Below are positions 19,094-27,780 of a stretch of DNA of 38,995 nt, in pieces. This DNA comes from an uncultured Collinsella sp. GTDB lineage: Bacteria > Actinomycetota > Coriobacteriia > Coriobacteriales > Coriobacteriaceae. The stretch lies in contig CAADVA010000167.1 of the NCBI GenBank assembly GCA_900752345.1, forward strand, positions 1 to 38,995, read 5' to 3'. Every line of letters starts with the position of its first letter. The stretch's first letter is position 1. Position numbers and translations under genes: made by a program. The notes under the pieces are model-generated. The model was not told where the DNA came from. It did not search any database and was given only the letters and a program-made list of their open reading frames with translations.

Positions 19094-20485
19094 ATGTTTA
19101 TAGGAAGAACAGCGGAAATGTCCGAGCTCAATCGACTGTATGGCACGGGCTCCTTTGAGATGCCTGTGATTTACGGTCGCCGTCGTGTGGGTAAAACGCG
19201 CCTTATCACAGAGTTCATCCAAGGCAAGAAGGCTATTTACTTTCAAGCTCGTCGTACCAATGCAGAGGCAAACCTGCACGGCTTTAGTCAGGCGATACTT
19301 GCAGGCTCGGTTGGTGCTGTAGGCGTGTCGTTCCGTAGTTTTGACGAAGCGTTCGATGCATTGGCCACCATGGCTCGCACGGAACGTTTGATTGTCGTGA
19401 TTGACGAGTACCCCTATCTCGCCCAATCGAATCCCGAGATCAGCTCGTTGCTGCAAGACAAGATCGATCACTTGTACAAAGAGACCAAGCTCATGCTTAT
19501 CCTGTGCGGGTCGTCGCTTTCGTTCATGGAAGAGCAGGTGCTGGGCTACGAGAGTCCGCTATACGGTAGGCGTACGGCCCAGTTTAAGATCATGCCGCTC
19601 GATTTTACGACGACCCTCGACCTGTGGCAGAGCATGGGTCGCGAAGACGCTGCGGTTTGCTATGGCATGACGGGCGGCATTCCTGCATATATCGAGAAAG
19701 TCGATCCTACCGTATCGCTTAAGGACAACATCAAGCGTCTTTTTCTTACTCCTACGGGCTATCTCTTTGAGGAGCCGAGTAACCTGCTATTGCAAGAGTG
19801 CCGCAATCCCGAGCAATATGATGCGATCGTGCAAGCAATTGCTCAGGGGCGCTCGAAGATCTCGGAGATTGCGAGCTCTACGGGAATCCCTGCGAGCAAC
19901 GTAAAGAGCTATGTGGATAAGCTGGCGTCGCTTGGGATTGTCGAGCGCGAGCTGCCCCTAAACGAGACGAGCAATAAGCGAGCCGTGTATCTTCTGAGCG
20001 ACCAGATGTTTAGGTTCTGGTACAAGTTTGTGCCGCAGAACATTGGGCTGATTCAAAACGATATGGCCGAGATGGCGTATAAGCGCATTGAGCCGCACGT
20101 ATCGGATTACATGGGTACGGTCTTTGAGCTTATATGCAGACAATACGTGTACGAACTCGCGCGCGCGGGCCAGCTCGATGTGGTTCCGGCGAGCGTCGGG
20201 CGCTGGTGGGGGACGGATAATCGCACGCATACGCAGGAAGAAATCGACTTGATTGTTGACGATGGCGAGGGCACTGCGCTGTTTGCGGAGTGCAAATGGC
20301 GCAATGAACCGGTGGGCGAAGACGTGCTGCAAAAGCTCGTGCACCGAAGCGAGCTCTTTAGACGGCAGCACAAAAGCTATGCGATCTTCTCGAAGCGCGG
20401 CTTTACGCAAGGATGTCAGGAAGCTGCGGCGAACAGGGGAGATACCAAGTTGATTTCGTTTGCCGAGATGTGCGAGCGGAGATAA
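19094..20485 (+). CDS. Archaeal-type AAA ATPase with wHTH and DUF234-like PD-(D/E)XK C-terminus
   Basis: MFIGR..E, Walker A GRRRVGKT, Walker B VIDEYPY, SPLYGRRT, C-terminal EEIDL...FAECKW. Confidence 0.9.
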   Translation: MFIGRTAEMSELNRLYGTGSFEMPVIYGRRRVGKTRLITEFIQGKKAIYFQARRTNAEANLHGFSQAILAGSVGAVGVSFRSFDEAFDALATMARTERLIVVIDEYPYLAQSNPEISSLLQDKIDHLYKETKLMLILCGSSLSFMEEQVLGYESPLYGRRTAQFKIMPLDFTTTLDLWQSMGREDAAVCYGMTGGIPAYIEKVDPTVSLKDNIKRLFLTPTGYLFEEPSNLLLQECRNPEQYDAIVQAIAQGRSKISEIASSTGIPASNVKSYVDKLASLGIVERELPLNETSNKRAVYLLSDQMFRFWYKFVPQNIGLIQNDMAEMAYKRIEPHVSDYMGTVFELICRQYVYELARAGQLDVVPASVGRWWGTDNRTHTQEEIDLIVDDGEGTALFAECKWRNEPVGEDVLQKLVHRSELFRRQHKSYAIFSKRGFTQGCQEAAANRGDTKLISFAEMCERR

Positions 20486-20536
20486 CCAAGCGCGCTCTGA
20501 TGTGATGCTCGGAATGGGTCGCGCCAATGATGCCAA

Positions 20537-20636
20537 GCGTAAAACCTTCAATGAATATGGCGTAAAAACTACAGCGGTCATGGCGTAAAAACTACATTGA
20601 AAGTAGCGTAAAAACAGCATTGAGAATGGCGTAATT
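20537..20636 (+). repeat. Five GCGTAA(AA)-core repeats at exact 23-bp period
   Basis: gcgtaa at 20537, 20560, 20583, 20606, 20629. Confidence 0.85.
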
Positions 20637-20651
20637 TCGCATATCGCATGA

Positions 20652-21034
20652 TCGCCCGAGCTCGCACACGGCCTTTTGCGAGCTCTTGCCATGAACGAGA
20701 GCCAGGCTGTCACGTACAAGACGCTCATAAAGGACGCCTCGTACGGTGAGGCGGGCCCCGACGAGAGGACCATCGCTGCGTACCTGGATCTCTTCAACAG
20801 GCTCAAGCTGACCGAGGACCTGTGCGGATGGGAGCCATCGAGGTCAAGCTGAGTGATGCGAAAGCAGACGATGGAGCGAGAAATCTCAAGGCGCTGGAGA
20901 GGAAAGTGCTCTCCAATCCTGCCGCCCATAATGCCGCGCCGGCGTTTTTGGCGGTCGTGGTTGGAAAGGGGAGCATTGCCTACACACGCGACGACGGCGT
21001 GGCGGTGATCCCCATGGCGGCACTTGGGGCGTAG
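20652..21034 (+). pseudogene. Remnant of an AAA_14/DUF4143-type ATP-binding protein gene
   Basis: Fragment LLRALAMNESQAVTYKTL...TIAAYLDLFNRLKLTEDLCGWEP joined out of frame to GAIEVKL...AYTRDDGVAVIPMAALGA; no ATPase N-terminus. Confidence 0.7.
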
Positions 21035-21147
21035 TGGTTTTGCGGGCATGGTATTGCGCCCCGCTTTCATGTCCGCACGAGCGCCTATCCTTACGACAAT
21101 GTAGCCGCCTGTGTAGTAAGCGGCAGGCAACGAAGAAAGGCCCAACC

Positions 21148-21882
21148 GTGTCAGCTGAAAAGACGCCGGGTATCTCGGCTATCGATACGACGAACTTTGC
21201 GCGCCAGATCGTGCTGGACTTTGAGTTTGCGCCGGTGCCAAAGCAGCGCCAGCGCCGTGGGCTGCGCAATGAGATTATCGAGGTCGGCGCCGTCAAGCTC
21301 GATTACCACGGCAACGTTATGGGCGAGTTCTCGCAGTTTGTGCAGACGGAATTTACCGAAGGCGTTGCGTTTCCCGTCCGCGAGCTCACAGGGATATCAG
21401 CCGTGGACACCGCGATGGCCGATCCGCTCTATGTGGTGATCAAAAGGCTCGGCGATTGGATCGGTCGCTACTCCGCCCAGATAGTTTGCTGGAGCGGGAC
21501 GGACCGTCGACAACTTTTGACCGAGTGCCAGGCAAAGCGCATCGACCTTTCCGCATTTCCTACGGACTGGGCCGACCTGCAGGCGTTTTACACCTCAATC
21601 ATGGACGTGGGCAGCCACGGGCGAGTCTCGTTGGGCGACGCGGCAACGTGGTTTGGCATCGAGTTCGACGAGTCGACGGGCCACGCCCACAGCGCCCTAG
21701 CCGATGCGCGCGTGACCGCTAAGCTGCTCAAGCAGATGATGGAGGGGGACTATCACGTGAGTCCGCACGCCCAGGAGATCCGCCAGCGGTGGGGGATGGG
21801 CGAGCGACCCCAGACGCGCCTCTCTAGCAAGTGCCCCGAGCTGGGCGACCTGCTGCTAAAGCTGAAAGCGGAGGGGAGGTAG
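21148..21882 (+). CDS. DEDDh 3'-5' exonuclease (ERI-1/KapD-like)
   Basis: ExoI VLDFEF, EIIEVGAV, LTGIS, ExoII WSGTD, ExoIII HSALADA; GTG after GAAAGG. Confidence 0.9.
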   Translation: MSAEKTPGISAIDTTNFARQIVLDFEFAPVPKQRQRRGLRNEIIEVGAVKLDYHGNVMGEFSQFVQTEFTEGVAFPVRELTGISAVDTAMADPLYVVIKRLGDWIGRYSAQIVCWSGTDRRQLLTECQAKRIDLSAFPTDWADLQAFYTSIMDVGSHGRVSLGDAATWFGIEFDESTGHAHSALADARVTAKLLKQMMEGDYHVSPHAQEIRQRWGMGERPQTRLSSKCPELGDLLLKLKAEGR

Positions 21883-21914
21883 GGGGCGCCCTCCGCCCAT
21901 GCTGGCGCGGCGCC

Positions 21915-23771
21915 TTACTGCCTGGCAGTTCCTGATGTTGGCAGGTGGCTGCCGCAGTGGCCTATCACGATTAACTGTGCCTCGTCATCAAAACAAAAGT
22001 GCAGACGGAATGGGTCGCGGCGGTTGCGACCGTTGCCCTTAATGTGTGGCAAGATGCAAACCTGCTTACCGTTGTAAGTGCGTTGGCGGAGCCGCATGAG
22101 CTCAGTGTCGTTTTTAGTCAGCTTGGTCTCGGTCGGCGCGGCGTCAAACGAGGTCTGATTTTTAAACTCGCTATAGAGGTCTCCGGTCGTCGGGCGCTCC
22201 CCAAACTTGAGTTGCCACATAACGGTCGCTACGGATTTAAGGATCTGCCATTCCTCGTCAAGATCGGCAAAATCATAGCGGCGTGCCGAGTCGTATGCCT
22301 CGGGCAAAACGAAAATACGCGAGGGCCAGAGGTTCGCAGCAAACTTAAGCTCGTCCTCAAGGGTGCGCGGAAATGCCTCGAGCCCCTCGACAAAACATGC
22401 TTCTGCTCTGAGTGCGGCTACGTGCTTTTCCGAGCGGTCGGCTCGCTCCAGCGCCTCTTGGAGTCGATACTTTAAGTTGGCGATTGTGTTCTCGGATTCA
22501 TCCAACTCGAGCAGGCTGTTTTCCAGTTGCTCAATACGCTGCTCATATGCGGCGTTGCTGTCGGCGTAATCGTTTGCCAGCCCCTCCCAGAGCTGCCTGT
22601 CTGCAGTCTCTTTTGACAGCAACTCTTTAAGGTTGTCCATTGTCTCTTGGCTGTACGAGGCGGCAAGCGCTTCGGTGCGTTTTGCCTCGGCTACGGTTTC
22701 ATCCTCTGCATGGCGTTTCATCTCTGCCATGCGGCTGCGTAGCGCCCCAATTGATTGACGTGATTTGTACCAGGCAATATCGCTCGTGTCTACAATATCG
22801 CCCCTGCCGCGCAAGAACGAGCGCCCCAGGCTCCGGTTAAGTATCGTGGATGTCTTGTTGCCGTACTCGTTCAGCCTATCGCGCCTGATGCAGAGGTGTC
22901 GACGCGCGTCTTCTTCGTCAGACAGATTGATGTTTGGTTGGTAAATACGAAGCGATGACTTGGGGCAGTTGTATCGATAGGCAGGTGTATCGTAGAGAAA
23001 AAGATTGAACAGCTTTGATTTGAGCCGACCATCGGATTCGTCGGCGGCAAACACGTTGGCTAGGCCCATAAGGTTATTGGCGAGCTTGCTGGGATCTTTG
23101 ACGGGATATCGACCGGTATCATCGCTGGTTATTAGAATCAGGGGGAGCTCGCGCTGGCCGCTCAGAAGGTTGTCGGAGAACTCGGCGTCAAAGTTCTCAA
23201 ACGTCAGGCGCGTGCACGATGTGTTGACGACTGTCTCTCCAACGCATGCCCGATGATTGGGAAGCGAAAACAGAACCTTTGCGATGCGGGGAATATTGAG
23301 GTCCGGTTCTGGCAGTGGCCAGCCCACATAATCGGGCTGGGTCGCATAGGTGACTTTGATATTGACTAGGCAGGAGTTGTCATCGGCCGTCTCAAGGCCA
23401 ATGCAAGTGTGCCAGTGACGATACGAATAATGACTGTCGGGCTCGTCATATTCAAAGGCCCACGCGACGGGAATCTTGCCTCGCTTGTCGTTAAAGGCTG
23501 CACGAGTGCAAATGCTCACACGGCTGCCTGTGGTCATGCCTCCAGAATAGCCAATGGGATAGCTGAGGTTTCCAAATACAAAGTCGGAGGCAACGTCTTT
23601 ATTGCTTGATAAAAACTCAAAGGCGCTCTGCTCATGGCGCTTGCGCTTCTCTTTGTCGCGCACCCAGGTGTAGATCTGACGATACGCATCGACGATTGAG
23701 GGCGTGGTAGTCGAATAGGGTGAAAGCCTGAACTTTGCTCGGTAATGAATCTGTTCGTTTTCGGACCGCAT
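21915..23771 (-). CDS. Uncharacterised 618-aa protein with coiled coil and putative RelE-like C-terminal domain
   Basis: Long ORF; heptad-rich Glu/Leu segment; C-terminus PHIKG...FRLHFCFD...IVIGHCGSHL; ATG 23771 after GAGG. Confidence 0.7.
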   Translation of the reverse strand: MRSENEQIHYRAKFRLSPYSTTTPSIVDAYRQIYTWVRDKEKRKRHEQSAFEFLSSNKDVASDFVFGNLSYPIGYSGGMTTGSRVSICTRAAFNDKRGKIPVAWAFEYDEPDSHYSYRHWHTCIGLETADDNSCLVNIKVTYATQPDYVGWPLPEPDLNIPRIAKVLFSLPNHRACVGETVVNTSCTRLTFENFDAEFSDNLLSGQRELPLILITSDDTGRYPVKDPSKLANNLMGLANVFAADESDGRLKSKLFNLFLYDTPAYRYNCPKSSLRIYQPNINLSDEEDARRHLCIRRDRLNEYGNKTSTILNRSLGRSFLRGRGDIVDTSDIAWYKSRQSIGALRSRMAEMKRHAEDETVAEAKRTEALAASYSQETMDNLKELLSKETADRQLWEGLANDYADSNAAYEQRIEQLENSLLELDESENTIANLKYRLQEALERADRSEKHVAALRAEACFVEGLEAFPRTLEDELKFAANLWPSRIFVLPEAYDSARRYDFADLDEEWQILKSVATVMWQLKFGERPTTGDLYSEFKNQTSFDAAPTETKLTKNDTELMRLRQRTYNGKQVCILPHIKGNGRNRRDPFRLHFCFDDEAQLIVIGHCGSHLPTSGTARQ

Positions 23772-24213
23772 GTTAGCCTCGCTTGCCTGGTGGCGTAATT
23801 GACCTGTAATGCTCAAGTGTAGGCGTTTGGGTAAAGGGCGTGCATCGAACAACGGGCGTTAGGTGCCAAAGCGTCTGTAAGCGTGCTAATGGGCGCTGGT
23901 GACGCGGGAGTGATCACAAGGCATTCACGCTATTCGCAGCATTGTTGAGCAACAAACCGCGCGAGGTAAAAACGATTCCTTTTGCAGAAAACCCCATGAC
24001 ACGGCAAGCTGATTGAAAGACAATAGATAAAGCTGTAACAAGGGTGAATCGTCCTTCACCCCGGTATCAATAAAACCCAGGAGATTTTTCGTGGCCATTC
24101 AGACGAAAACTCTTCGGGGGGGGGGTGCTCGCCAGCGAGTGTCTTCCTTCGATAGACAATCCTAGCGTTATCTTGCGACACGCATTTTCGCTTCTCGTAA
24201 AGCGGGGCGCGTG

Positions 24214-27200
24214 ATGGCAAAGCTAGCAGAGATAACGCCCGGTACGCGCGTTCGCGGTATCGTGGGGGATTCGCCCGTGACCATTAAGGCTGTCGAATGG
24301 CATGGCGATTCCATCTTAAACGTAATCTACAAGACGGACCAGGGCGTACTGGGTGACCAACCTCTCTTCGATACAGACGAGGATAAATACATCATCGAAA
24401 AGTCCAGCGCCTGGGCGTTCGATGCCGACCCCGATGACCTGCGACTCGTGTCCGAAGCGTATCGCATAGGCTTGGCTCATCTGTTCGATCCCTATCTGGC
24501 TATTCGTACGTCGTCTATCGAGCCGCTGCCGCACCAGATCTCGGCCGTCTACAAGGAAATGCTGCCGCGCTTGCCGCTGCGTTATGTGCTGGCGGACGAC
24601 CCCGGTGCAGGCAAGACCATCATGACAGGCCTCCTAATAAAAGAAATGATTGCTCGCGGCGATCTTAGGCGTTGCCTTATCGTGGCCCCCGGTAATCTTG
24701 TGGAACAGTGGCAAGACGAGCTATGGCAAAAGTTTGGGCTCAGATTCCGCTTGCTTACAAATGATGTTCTGGAGTCTTCTGCTACCGGGAATCCCTTCGA
24801 TGAGGTCGATTTTTGTATCGGCCGCCTAGATAAGCTGGCTCGCAACGACGAGATCCAAAAGAAGCTAAGGGCAACTTCGTGGGATCTCGTTGTATGCGAC
24901 GAGGCCCACAAGATGAGCGCGACAAACTTTGGCGGCGAGTTCAAGCCGACCAAACGCTATAAGCTCGGTCAGCTCTTGGGCGACACAGCCGAAAACTTGT
25001 TGCTTCTGACGGCTACGCCCCACAACGGCAAGCCTGCTGACTTCCGCTACTTTATGGCGCTCGTGGACAAGGACCGGTTTGCGGGAGGCAATCGCGTTAA
25101 GAATCCTGCGGCGCGCTCCACTGCCGGCCAGGCTCAGAGCCTTCCGCCCGCACCTTCGCTTGACTGCGATGTTTCCGATGTGATGCGTCGCCTCGTGAAA
25201 GAGGAGCTGCTCAAGTTCGATGGGCGCCCGCTATTCCCCGAACGCTGCGCCTACACAGTCGAATACGACCTATCTCCTGCCGAGCAGGAGCTCTATGACT
25301 CGGTGACTCATTACGTCACCGAGGAGTTTAACCGTGCGGAGCGCTTGGGTGGCAAGCATAAGAACAGCGTCGGCTTTGCTTTGACTATCTTGCAGCGTCG
25401 TCTTGCGTCGAGTCCCGAGGCCATCTACCAGTCGCTTCGGCGTCGTCGCATACGGCTTGAGTCCAAGCTCGCCGAGGCAAAAAGCGTTGCGAGCGGCAAG
25501 GTCGCCTATACAGATAAATGGGGCATCGATGCCAGAGATTTTGACGAGGACGATTACGACTCCGAAGAGTACGAACAAATGGAAGATGACGTCGTAGACA
25601 CCGCTTCTGCGGCGGCGACTGCGGCTGAGCTCGATGCTGAGATCGCGATTTTGCGCACGCTCGAGCGCAAGGCAAACGATGTTCGCATTAGTGGCGAGGA
25701 CCGTAAGTGGGAGGAGCTTTCGCGACTGCTGCAAGACGATTCCAATATGTTTGGCATGGACGGTCGACGTGAGAAGCTCATCATCTTTACCGAACACAAG
25801 GACACGCTGAACTACCTCGCAGGGAAGATTGGCTCCCTCCTGGGTGACCGTACTGCCGTGCTCACCATTAAGGGCGGTATGACGCGCGACGAGCGCCATC
25901 GTGCCGAGGAAATGTTTAAGCAGGATGCGAACTCGCGCATCCTTGTTGCTACGGATGCCGCCGGCGAGGGCATTAACCTACAGCGTGCGCACCTTATGAT
26001 CAACTACGACCTGCCGTGGAATCCCAATCGACTCGAGCAGCGCTTCGGTCGTATTCACCGCATCGGTCAGACCGAAGTATGTCATCTGTGGAACCTTGTC
26101 TCCACGCAGACGCGCGAGGGAGAAGTATTCCAACGCCTGTTCAGCAAGCTCGAGGTGGAACGTGCCGCGCTGGGCGGCAAGGTTTTCGACATCTTGGGCA
26201 GAGTTACCTTTGAAGGCAAGACGCTCCGTGACTTGCTCCTCGATGCGATTCGCTATGGCGATGACCCCGAGGTACGGGCGCGGCTCAACCAGGTAGTCGA
26301 TGCATCGCTCGATACGAGCTCCATTAAACGGCTCCTCAAGGAATATGCGCTTACCGATGACGTCATGGACGCTCGCGGCGTAAGCACTATTCGCGAGGAC
26401 ATGGAACGCATGGAGGCGCGCAAGCTCGAGCCGCACTTTATCCAGGCATTTTTCATGGCGGCAATGAAGCGCTTGAGAGGACGCGTGGCATCTCGCGAGC
26501 CTGGCAGGTTCGAGGTGCTTGAGGTGCCGTTCTCGGTTCGCTCGATGAGCATGGACGGCGAATGCGGCCACGTGCTTGCCTCCTATGAGCGTATTTGCTT
26601 TGACAAAGAATCTAAAGAGGGTCCTGGACTCGTTCCCGCAGAGTTGGTATGCCCCGGTGAGGCACTTTTGGATGCAACGGTGAAGGTGCTGATTGGCCAA
26701 ATGGGCTCGGCGCTTAAGCGGGGCTGTGTGCTCGTGGACGATAGAGATTTTGGAGACAAGCCGAGACTCTTGCTCTATATCGAGAACTCCGTCCAGGACG
26801 ACACGACGCTGGCCGACGGCACCAAGCGTACGGTATCCAAAGAGTTTAGGTTCGTTGAGGTTGACGCTGCGGGCGAAGCTCGTGATGCGGGCTATGCGCC
26901 CTATTTGGACTATCGCGGTCCTCTTCCGTCCGAGGCATCTGCCGCGCACGCTATCGCTTCTGAGCAGGAGTGGCTTGCCGGTGACATTGACGCGCTTGCC
27001 ATGGATTTCGCCATTCGCGAGATCCTCCCCGTGAGCCTCAAAGAGGTACGCAATCGTCGTATTCCGCAGATCGAGAAGATCGAGCGAGCCGTTGACGCGC
27101 GTCTTACCGACGAGGCCAATTATTGGGATGGTCGCGCGTGGGAGCTGGAGGAGAAAGAAAAGCAAGGCAAGAAGACACGCCTGAGCTCTCTGAATGCTCG

Positions 27201-27780
27201 CCGTCGCGCCGACGATCTGCGCGACCGTAGACAAATGCGCTTGGCGGAGCTGCAGCGCGAAAAGACCATCACTCCCGCGACTCCGAGGGTGCTGGGCGGC
27301 GCGCTTGTGATTCCAGTTGGCATGCTACCCCACGACTCGCATGCCACCACCGAATCCAGTGCGGCAGGCAGGCGCGAGGTAGAGCTTGCCGGCATGCGTG
27401 CCGTCATGGCTATCGAGCGGGAGCTGGGATTTACGCCGCGGAATCGAAGCGCAGATAACTGCGGCTACGACATCGAATCCGTGGTGCCCGATGAGCTTCA
27501 TGCCAAGGGGCCGGCGCTGCGAATGATCGAGGTCAAGGGTCGCACCGCGGGCGCCACTACGGTCACTGTCTCGCACAACGAGGTGATGTGTGCGCTCAAC
27601 AGGCCAGATGCCTTTGTGCTCGCACTGGTCGAAGTCGATGGAAACACGACCCGAACTTCTTACATCGCACATCCATTTACAAGTCCGCCGGATTATGCCG
27701 CGGCAAGCACGAACTACGACATCGCGCGCCTCAAGGAAGCAGGCGACGTGATACTAGAGAGGGAGCAGGAATGGCAGTAA
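24214..27780 (+). CDS. SNF2-family helicase with C-terminal DUF3883-like PD-(D/E)XK nuclease
   Basis: PLPHQ, LADDPGAGKT, DEAH, TATP, ATDAAGEGINLQ, QRFGRIHRIGQ; C-terminal GYDIES...IEVKG. Confidence 0.93.
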   Translation: MAKLAEITPGTRVRGIVGDSPVTIKAVEWHGDSILNVIYKTDQGVLGDQPLFDTDEDKYIIEKSSAWAFDADPDDLRLVSEAYRIGLAHLFDPYLAIRTSSIEPLPHQISAVYKEMLPRLPLRYVLADDPGAGKTIMTGLLIKEMIARGDLRRCLIVAPGNLVEQWQDELWQKFGLRFRLLTNDVLESSATGNPFDEVDFCIGRLDKLARNDEIQKKLRATSWDLVVCDEAHKMSATNFGGEFKPTKRYKLGQLLGDTAENLLLLTATPHNGKPADFRYFMALVDKDRFAGGNRVKNPAARSTAGQAQSLPPAPSLDCDVSDVMRRLVKEELLKFDGRPLFPERCAYTVEYDLSPAEQELYDSVTHYVTEEFNRAERLGGKHKNSVGFALTILQRRLASSPEAIYQSLRRRRIRLESKLAEAKSVASGKVAYTDKWGIDARDFDEDDYDSEEYEQMEDDVVDTASAAATAAELDAEIAILRTLERKANDVRISGEDRKWEELSRLLQDDSNMFGMDGRREKLIIFTEHKDTLNYLAGKIGSLLGDRTAVLTIKGGMTRDERHRAEEMFKQDANSRILVATDAAGEGINLQRAHLMINYDLPWNPNRLEQRFGRIHRIGQTEVCHLWNLVSTQTREGEVFQRLFSKLEVERAALGGKVFDILGRVTFEGKTLRDLLLDAIRYGDDPEVRARLNQVVDASLDTSSIKRLLKEYALTDDVMDARGVSTIREDMERMEARKLEPHFIQAFFMAAMKRLRGRVASREPGRFEVLEVPFSVRSMSMDGECGHVLASYERICFDKESKEGPGLVPAELVCPGEALLDATVKVLIGQMGSALKRGCVLVDDRDFGDKPRLLLYIENSVQDDTTLADGTKRTVSKEFRFVEVDAAGEARDAGYAPYLDYRGPLPSEASAAHAIASEQEWLAGDIDALAMDFAIREILPVSLKEVRNRRIPQIEKIERAVDARLTDEANYWDGRAWELEEKEKQGKKTRLSSLNARRRADDLRDRRQMRLAELQREKTITPATPRVLGGALVIPVGMLPHDSHATTESSAAGRREVELAGMRAVMAIERELGFTPRNRSADNCGYDIESVVPDELHAKGPALRMIEVKGRTAGATTVTVSHNEVMCALNRPDAFVLALVEVDGNTTRTSYIAHPFTSPPDYAAASTNYDIARLKEAGDVILEREQEWQ

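Noticed and set aside
19958..21145. 395-aa minus-strand ORF
   Set aside because: Antisense to the ATPase and the pseudogene and runs through the repeat array; no motifs
27588..27770. Extended N-terminus of the methyltransferase (likewise ORF-track starts at 6356, 10887, 17437, 21034, 34873)
   Set aside because: Downstream starts have RBSs and match family N-termini; the upstream extensions overlap other features
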